Below are positions 56,271 through 64,000 of a stretch of DNA of 64,000 nucleotides, piece after piece. The DNA is taken from the NCBI GenBank assembly GCA_963847445.1, contig CAWJZV010000030.1, positions 352,001 to 416,000 of the forward strand, in the 5' to 3' direction. This stretch comes from an uncultured delta proteobacterium (lineage in GTDB: Bacteria; Desulfobacterota; Binatia; UBA9968). The notes beneath the pieces were generated by a model. It had not been told where the DNA came from. It did no database searches and saw only the letters and a program-made list of their open reading frames with translations. Positions within the stretch are counted from its first letter, which is position 1; each line of letters begins with the position of its first letter. A program made the translations under genes and the position numbers.

Positions 56271-57717
56271 CTATCCACGCGTCGGAAACGCCGGCGGGAT
56301 GATTTGCTCGACGCTGCGGCCATTCCAATCGCGCGCGGACCAGGCGTCCCAGGCGCGCTTGGCGCCGGCCTCGGCTTGGGCGAACAGCTCGTCGTCGTTG
56401 ATGCGCGTCGACCGGCCGTTTTCGACCACCACTTCACCGTCAACCAGCACCGTTTCGACATCGGCGCCGCTGCCGTATTCGACCAGCGCGTTGATCGGAT
56501 CGCGCATCGGGCCGTAGCGCGTGCTGCGCAGATTGATAATCACCACGTCGGCCTTTGCGCCAACGGCAAGCCGGCCTAGATCGGCACGGCCCAACGCAGT
56601 CGCCCCGCCGATGGTGGCGGCGTTAAAAACATCGGCGGCGCGGGCGCCGGCAGCTTGGCGATCGACGAGTCGAGAGATCAACGACGCGTAGCGCATCTCG
56701 GACACGATATCGAGCGGATAAGTATCCGTGCCCAAGCCGATGCGCACGCCGGCTTCCAAGTAGCGGCCGAAGGACTCCATGGCAAACGCCATCTTGGCGC
56801 ACTTATGCGGGCAGTGGCCGACGGTGGCGCCGGACTCGGCGAGAATCTTCATCTCGTCGCCGAGCGGATAGTCGACGCGCGAGTGGCCGCCGGTGATCGC
56901 CATATGGCCCAACGTCGTGCGCGGGCCGAGGATGCCGACATCGGCGAGATACTCGGCCACCGGTTTGCGATACTTGTTGAGGATCTCCAAGAACTCGCGG
57001 AAGTTGCCGCCGGCATGAATATGCAGCGGCACGTCCAACTCTTTCGCCGCGGCCACCGACTCTTTCAACAACGACGGCTCGCAGGTTTCCGCCTGAGCCG
57101 GATTCAAAATGCCTTGCAAGCGGCCATTGTGGGCGCCGTGAAATTTCTTGATGAAGTCGACGGCGACTTTGAGTCCGGGCCGTCCTTTGTCCGGCCGTTC
57201 TTCATAGTAGTGCCGCCCCTCGGCGTCGGTGAAAATATCGTGACTGCGAAACGGCGGACTGAAAAACACCCGCCCGCCGGTCTGACCGACGATGGCGACA
57301 TAATCGTCGAGGGCGCCCGGGCCGCCGCCGGGATCGAGCACCGTCGTCGCGCCGTTGCGCAGCGCGCTGTAAAGCGCATACTTCCGTCCCAACGCCACCG
57401 CCGGCGGCGCCGGCGGTTCGACCTTTTCTTTCAACGGCGCGCCGAACACGAACCAGTTGGCGGCGAGATAATCTTTCTTCGTGACATCGGTCAGCAAATA
57501 ATCGCCGACGTTGAGCTGCGAGTGCACATGCAGGTTGATAAAACCGGGGCAGACGATCTTGCCGCTGGCGTCGATGACGCGGTCGGCCGGCTGGCGATTT
57601 ATCGGCGCCCACCGACTTGATCGAGTCGCCGTCGATCAAGACCGAACCATTGGGAATAATTTCGTGGCCGGTGCCGGACCAGCCGACGACGACCCCGCCG
57701 TCTATGCGGATACTCAT
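56271..57717 (-). CDS. Metal-dependent amidohydrolase (AtzA/TrzA/SsnA-like; frameshifted)
   Basis: 'PGFINLHVHS', 'LHIHAG', 'LGH', 'GLGTD', 'GRLAVGAKADVV', 'VLVDGEVVVENG'. Confidence 0.88.
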
Positions 57718-57744
57718 GCTGACTTCCTTCTTGAGATCTTACAT

Positions 57745-57835
57745 CCTCTCCCTCTGGGAGAGTACAGAGGTGAGGGCGCGCCGGACTCGACAATTGCCCT
57801 CGACCCTTCCCTCATCCCAAAGGGCGAGGGTAGGA
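57745..57835. repeat. CCTCTCCC..GGGAGAG REP-like palindrome pair
   Basis: CCTCTCCCTCTGGGAGAG..GTGAGGG followed by a degenerate inverted copy. Confidence 0.55.
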
Positions 57836-57858
57836 CAAGCTCAGCGACAGCAACTCGC

Positions 57859-58570
57859 ATTACGCCCGCAAGCGCCGGCGTATCGTCTTCCTTGCCGTGC
57901 AGCGCGTACCAGTAAATATTATTCATATAACGCCAGCGCCGGATGGTGGCGTCCTCGACTTGCTTGATGGCCGCGGCTTGCAGCTCCGGCGTGGTGCAAT
58001 ACTTTTCGACGATGGCGAAGCCTTTCGCACCATGGATCTCGTCGGCGTAAATATGTTCCTCGAAAAAGCGGATCTCCCGCGCGCGGCTTTATAACCGTAG
58101 TGTTGGTGCAGGGCGGGAACGATCTTCTTGCAGATATCCAAGAATTGCGATTCCAGACCGATGAACAGCCCGGCGGCGGCAACCGGCCAGGGTTTTTGGT
58201 AGACCATCATCCAGCCCCAGTTTTGCAACTGCTCGGTGCCGCCGAGCAAAATCGAGCTCTCGACGCTGTTACGATCGACGCCGCTGGCGGCGACGTAGTC
58301 TTTCAACATGTCGAGATGGCGATCGTCGGGATTCTCCTCATCGCCGAGATTTTCATACAGGTAATTCTTCACATCGCGCTCGGGAATCTGCGACGCTAGA
58401 TAGGCCAGCCAGTTCAAAAATTCGCCGACGAAGTGATAATGCTGGGTGCAGTAAAAAGCGGTCTGCTCCTTGGTCAGCTTACCCTGCGACCAGAGCTCGA
58501 AGAACGGATGGTTCTTGCTATGCTTCTTGTCGCGTGTCGCGACCAATTGATCGTGAAAAGCGTTGCTCAT
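57859..58570 (-). CDS. Heme-oxygenase-like diiron protein (PqqC/CADD/TenA fold; frameshift near 58085)
   Basis: 'HPFF..W..GKL', 'ENLGDEE..RH', 'ESQ', 'FFEEHIYADEIH'; 3' end approximate. Confidence 0.8.
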
Positions 58571-58616
58571 ATTTCACCTCTAGCGAATCCTGGCTGCAGA
58601 ATCTTCGCCGCTAATT

Positions 58617-60444
58617 TTAGCATCGGCAAAAATAACGACGCCGGCCGAATATCCGCATACGATACCCGGCCGGCGTCGACTCCGGACAATTCTTGCAGCG
58701 AACTATCCTTCGCCGCGCTCGACTATCTGACTCGACGGTCTTGAGACGGATATCCAACAGCGCCGACTGTCCGCCGGCCACCGCGCGCAGGCCGCGCTCG
58801 ACGGCTTTGCGCACTTCGCCGGGTTCTTCGACTTTCTCACCGTAGCCATCCCAGGCTTTTATCATCTGCGAATATTCCGGGCAGGGGGTGATGTGCAAGC
58901 CCGAAAAATTTCCCGATTTGACCGCCCAACCTCCTGGATAGTATTTTGGAATGCCTGATTTTTGCGATAGATAGCCCTGATTATTAAACATGATTGTCAG
59001 AAATGGCAGGTTGTGCTCCTGGGCCGCGCCAAAGGCTGCCGGTGCCGGATCGTAGTTAAACGAGCCGTCGCCGATCAAGCAGATCACCGGCCGCTTGGGA
59101 TTGGCAGCTTTGACGCCGAGGGCGGTCGCCAAGCCGGTGCCGAGGCCGCCGATGCAACCGTTGAAGAACGATCCCGGCGTCAGATTATCTAGATAACGAT
59201 GCACCGCCAAGCGGTGCGTGATCGTCTCTTCGACCACCATGGCATCCTTGGGCAGCACCTGGCTGATCTCATGGGCCACCCAGCGGGTGTCCATCGGCTT
59301 TTGACTGCCGAGAGCGATCGCTTCGTCGCGCCATTTCTTGCGCCGCGCGTCGTTGCTTGGCTTTGAGATCTTCAGCGCGGCGCGTGCGCGCCGGATCGCC
59401 CTTGGAAACTTTTTTCTTCAAGGCGCCGAGCAAATGCTCCAGCGACGACTCGATCTCGCCGGTGAGGCAAAGATCCGATTGGTAGCCATAATAGGGAATC
59501 TCGATGCGCAGCGGATTCTCATCGAGCATGGCCACCTTGGCGCCCTTCGACGGCGTGATCGACGCCGGATGCCAGGGGGCGATCACCGCCAGGCCAGAAA
59601 AATCACGTCGGCGCCCTGCACGCCTTCTTTGACGTCATAGCCGCTGTGCAGCGCATGGGTGCGCGGAATGTTGATGACGCCGGTGCTGCGGGTTTCCACC
59701 ACCGGACAGCCGAGCAGTTCGGCGATCTCGACCAAGAGATTGACGCTCTTCAGCGTCTTGCCGGCGTCTTCGGCGACGATCACCGGATGCTGTGCGCCGG
59801 CGAGCAGGTTAGCGAGATCTTCGATGCCCTGGGGATCGGCGGTGGCCAAAGGCGAACTGCCGAGATCCGACGGCACATCCTTGGTCATGGTGTCGAACAT
59901 ATATTCCATCGGCATCGACACGAACACCGGCCCGCGCGGACCGGCCATGGCCAGGCGGCAGGCGCGCTGCACGGTGGAAGGAACGATCGACTTGGTGTTG
60001 ACGCCGAAGCTCCATTTGACCGTGTGATCGACCAGCTTGGCCGGCCCGCCCATGTCGCCCAGGTGGCCCTGCCATTGACCGCCGACATCCGGTCCTTCAT
60101 CTTCGCCGAAACCGATCGACTCGCCGGCGAACACCACCATCGGCACCTGCTCGTGCAGCGCGGCGCGCATCGCCATGGTGGCGTGCAAGCGCGCCCACGG
60201 TGGTGTGAATCACCACGGCGGGCAGCTTGCCGGTCGACTTGGCATAGCCGCTGGCCATGCCGACGGCGATCTCTTCATGGCGCGTGCTGTAGTATTGCGG
60301 CATGCCTTCGACGCCCGGCTCCGCCAGCGCTTCCCATAGCGGCGACCATTCCGACCCCGGCGATGCGAAGATTTTCTCGACGCCCATTTTCCCCAGGACA
60401 CGCAGCATCGACTGCGCGCCGGTCAATCCTTTAGTTTGAATCAT
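58617..60444 (-). CDS. Thiamine pyrophosphate-dependent enzyme (ALS/benzoylformate decarboxylase-like; frameshifted)
   Basis: 'RHEEIAVGMASGY', 'PRGPVFVS', TPP motif 'GDGSFNY..MFNN'. Confidence 0.88.
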
Positions 60445-60511
60445 GCTCGACTCCTCTCAAAAATTACGGTTGTTGTTCAATCGGCACGATGCGACATTGC
60501 GCCTCATTTTC

Positions 60512-60600
60512 TATGTCATCCTCGGGCGCTGAAAGCAACGAGGAATCGCGACTCGCCGCGGGCGGCCAATCGCGATTCCTCGTTTCCCTGGAGAATGACA
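60512..60600. repeat. Long REP-like inverted repeat
   Basis: TGTCATCCTC..ACGAGGAATCGCGA..TCGCGATTCCTCGT..GAATGACA. Confidence 0.65.
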
Positions 60601-60606
60601 GTTCGA

Positions 60607-61626
60607 TTAAATGTTGTAGAAACGCTTGGCGTTATTGAGCAACAGATCCTTTTTCACGTCGAGCGAAATATCGTCGCGATTCCACAGGATCGTCGCCGAC
60701 TCCGGCCAGCTCATGTCCCAGTGCGGATAATCGGACGCGTACATGAGGGTCTTCGAGCCGATCTCCTTGGTCACGTAGCCGATCATTTTCTCTTCCGGCT
60801 CGCAGCCATAGTAGCTGTTCTCGCTGAACAGGTATTCACTGGGCTTTCTTCTTGCACAGCGGCGCCTCGACTTTGCCGCGCTTCTCCCACTCTTCGTCCA
60901 TGCGCTCGGCCCAGTACGGCAGCCAGCCGCAGCCGACTTCGAGATAGCCGATGCGCAGCTTGGGAAACATCTCCGGAATGCCGCCGAACACCATCGCCGT
61001 CAGCTGACGGAGCATCGGAAATGGATGGCCGCAGGTATGCAAGCTAATAAACTGGTCGAACACCTCGCTGCCAGGCTCGTCGCCGCCGAAGGCATGAATC
61101 GTAGACCGGCGTGTTGAGCCGCTGCGCTTCTTCGTAGAGCGGATAGTATTCCGGACTGCCGAGATTTTTGCGGTGCGCCTGGGCGACCATCATGCCGCCG
61201 CATAGACCCAACTTGGTAACGGCGCGATTGAGCTCCCTGACGCATTCGGCGGGATCGTTCACCGGCAGATTCGCCACGGCTTTCAAGACGCGGCGACGCC
61301 TTGCAGTAATCCGAGATGAAATCGTTGTAGGCGCGGCACAGCGCCACTTGGAACTTGGTATCCCGCACCCGGCCGACACCGAGGCCGCTGGTCGGAAACA
61401 TCACCGCGGTGTCGATCTGCTGCAGATCCATCGCTTCCAAACGGTCTTCGACCTTGGCGCCGGACCTGCCCAAGGTGCCGCCCAAATTGCGATCGTAATG
61501 CTCGCTCGGGATAAACGATGCTTTCTGACTGCGGTACGGCTCCGGCAAGTACTGCCTGATGTCGTTGTCGAGATCGCGCGCGTGGGCGTCCGAATCGAGA
61601 ACTTTTATCGCTTCACGTAACTCCAT
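60607..61626 (-). CDS. Amidohydrolase_2 family protein (frameshifted)
   Basis: 'DSDAH', 'CRAYNDF', 'FPKLRIGYLEVGCGWLPYW', 'YASDYPHWD'. Confidence 0.88.
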
Positions 61627-61811
61627 AAACTCCTCGTCAAATGACTTTGTCAGAAATAGCCGCACAAATTTCGTGAGACTTCCCCTTGGAACAGGGGATC
61701 GGGGATTTGAATCCATTCGCTGAGTTTCTTCCCCGTCTATGCGGAAGAAACTCGGAGGTTCGAACTCGCAAACGATAATTCACCTGCGAAACTCGCTAAC
61801 CGGACTGCGTC

Positions 61812-62955
61812 CTAACGCCGCCACGCCTGGGCAAGGACACTGGCACTTTCAGGTTGTAAAGCTTTTCGCAATTGGTGATCAGCAACTTTTCGCGCGTCTT
61901 CGGCCGTCACATCGGCCATGTCGCGCTCGATCACCGCGCGGGAATTGGGCCAGGTGGAATTCTGGTGCGGGTAGTCGTTGGACCACATGCAGTTATCCGC
62001 GCCCCACCAGGAAAACATTTTGCCGCCCACAGGTCGTTGAAGAAAGTCGCGTAAATCTGCTCGGCAAAGTATTCGCTCGGCAGCTTGCTCATCTGGACTT
62101 TTTCCGAGTGGCGATGGCGTTTGAAGCCTTTGTCGCACTGGCCCATCCAGAACGGCATCCAGCCCACTTCGTTTTCCACCGAGACGATCTTCAGCTTCGG
62201 ATGGCGTTCGAGCACACCGTGAAAGATCAATTCGAACAGCGCGTTCTCGATTTCGCGGGTCTGTTCGACGCCGATGCGGAAGCGTTTCGGGCCGTGGGCG
62301 GTCTGGCGGTTCATGCTGTCGCCGAAACCGGTAAGATGTGCAGATGCACCGGCAGATCGAGATGCCTGCCGACGCCGCCCAGAAGCGTTCATAATGCTCC
62401 GACGTGAACGGCAAGCTCGGATGGGGCACCTGCCAGATCATCGTGCCGACGATGCCTTCTTTCTTGCAGCGCTCCATTTCGGCGATGGCGTGATCGACGT
62501 TGTACATCGAGATCAACGCGATGCCGTACAAGCGGTCGGGAACTTTTTGGCAGTAATCGATGATCCAGTCGTTGTAGGCACGGAACAATGCTTCTTGCAG
62601 TCCGGCGTCCTCGACGCAGTATAAACCGAGACCCAAGCTCGGATAGAGCACTTCGGCGGCGACGCCGTCGGTGACCATGTCGGCTTGGCGTTCGAGCGGA
62701 TCCCAACCGCCGGGGCGCGCCACGGCGAAGCCCGCCTTGCGAAACTTTTCTACGATTTTCCGGCTGCTGGCCAGCCATGAACAATCCGCCGACGGCTTGA
62801 ATCTGCACCTCCGGCGAACCGAACATCCAGGCATCGCGCTTCTCGTCAAAGAACGCCTTTGGCGCACGATCCTTGAACGCGGCGGGCATTCCCTTTACCC
62901 ACAGATCCGGCACTTCGATTACATGAGAATCCGATGAGACGATTGATTGTTCCAT
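61812..62955 (-). CDS. Amidohydrolase_2 family protein (frameshifted)
   Basis: 'SSDSHVIE', 'GVAAEVLYPS', 'ERHPKLKIVSVENEVGW', 'MWSNDYPH..STWP'. Confidence 0.88.
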
Positions 62956-62972
62956 AGCCCCTCCTTTTTTTC

Positions 62973-64000
62973 CTATCTTTTAGCCCAGATTTGATCCCAA
63001 AAGCCACTCTTTTCCATATCATTTAAAAACCGCGGATCGGTCAATTCCAGTGGCTTTACCTTCTTGGCCCGCTCATCGGTCTGCGCCACTTCATCGAGAA
63101 TCGCTTGAAACGCCTCGGCCTTGAGCGCCAGGCGCGGCTCCATCGCTTTGATCTCGGCGTTATAGGCAGCTTCCATGATCGTCCGGTCGTTGATGCGCAG
63201 CTGTTTGCCGAGCACTTTGTAAACGACTTCGCGGTCGCTGTGCATGATCTTCGAAGCCTCGGCCATGGCGCGCATATATTGCGCCAGCGGCTGCGGTCTC
63301 CTGGCAATCGTCGAACGTTTGGTGACAAAGGACGTCGCGGCATAGGGGATCTTGAGATCGGGTCCATAGATGACGTAGTGGTAGCCGCGCGACAACGCTT
63401 GGACGTCCGTCGGCGGGGTCAAGCATGCCACCTCGACGCCGCCGCTCAGCAGCGCGATCAGCGATTCGGGGTCGCCGCCGGATTGCAAGAAAGTGTAATC
63501 GCGGTTGGCCTCCATGCCGTGGCGCCGCAACGCCTGAATCGTAAAGTAGTGCGAGTTGCTGCCGATGCGGCTGACCGCGATGCGTTTGCCTTTCAAATCT
63601 TCGGGCCGTTTCAAGTTGCCGCCGGCGATGATGTTCTGCGTCATGAGATTCTTGGCGCTGCCGACGTAGGCGATCTCGGTCGAGCCGCGGACGAAAGCGA
63701 TGACGTTACCGACGCCGCCGGTCATGGTCATGTCGGGATCGCCGCCGAGCAGCGCGGCGGTGACGATGCTCGATGAGGCGATGAAAACCAGGTTATGGTC
63801 GAGATTGTATTTTTTGAATAAGCCGGCATCTTCGGCGATCCAAGGCAGCGCCTGCGCCATCACCCGGGCTGAGTAGATGGTGGTGAATTTCTCCGCGGCG
63901 CGGGAGTTCGCCGGCATGAACGTCACAATCCGAGAATTAAGCTTAAAAGCGCACGCCGGCATCACTTCTTGCTCCACAACTGATCCATAAAACCGCTCTT
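62973..64000 (-). CDS. ABC transporter substrate-binding protein, NMT1/THI5/SsuA-like (5' end at or beyond window edge)
   Basis: 'WIAEDAGLFKKYNLD', 'ALLGGD', 'DLKGKRIAVSRIGS', 'DPRFLNDMEKSGF'. Confidence 0.88.
   Translation of the reverse strand, partial: ERFYGSVVEQEVMPACAFKLNSRIVTFMPANSRAAEKFTTIYSARVMAQALPWIAEDAGLFKKYNLDHNLVFIASSSIVTAALLGGDPDMTMTGGVGNVIAFVRGSTEIAYVGSAKNLMTQNIIAGGNLKRPEDLKGKRIAVSRIGSNSHYFTIQALRRHGMEANRDYTFLQSGGDPESLIALLSGGVEVACLTPPTDVQALSRGYHYVIYGPDLKIPYAATSFVTKRSTIARRPQPLAQYMRAMAEASKIMHSDREVVYKVLGKQLRINDRTIMEAAYNAEIKAMEPRLALKAEAFQAILDEVAQTDERAKKVKPLELTDPRFLNDMEKSGFWDQIWAKR

Noticed and set aside
57859-64000. Thiamine salvage operon (TenA + ThiY)
   Set aside because: The protein has diiron HDO-type ligands rather than a recognisable TenA active site; no thi genes or TPP riboswitch seen

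Overview
A 64-kb, GC-rich bacterial chromosomal segment. Gene content (NMT1/THI5-like binding protein, paired amidohydrolase_2 genes, abundant intergenic REP-like and heptamer repeats) suggests Candidatus Binatia or a related deltaproteobacterial soil lineage; this is inference only. Most long genes carry 1-3 single-base frameshifts, including essential trpS, which points to long-read consensus errors rather than true pseudogenes. Core blocks are the System I cytochrome c maturation operon ccmBCDEFGH, tRNA-Arg(CCT), moeB, merR-mutS-amidase-glnD-xerD, site-2 protease-trpS-scpA-scpB-rluB, recQ, and a minus-strand catabolic/redox cluster (SBP, amidohydrolases, TPP enzyme, heme-oxygenase-like diiron protein, FeS-NrfD, Mo-oxidoreductase). 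Three accessory regions interrupt these: (i) a stress-gene islet at the tRNA-Arg 3' end with att arm-type repeats; (ii) a VIT1-cupin-phosphoketolase insert between xerD and the site-2 protease, whose xfp 3' end is a mosaic with a P-type ATPase; (iii) a ~13.5-kb defence-like island after recQ. The island holds a TIR + NDT-like fusion gene whose 3' end recurs as a diverged 69-bp repeat 3.4 kb away, a Type III R-M system between two HEPN-like genes, integron attC-bounded cassettes with no integrase in the window, and a BrnT/BrnA-like remnant. This island is the best candidate for an undescribed system.
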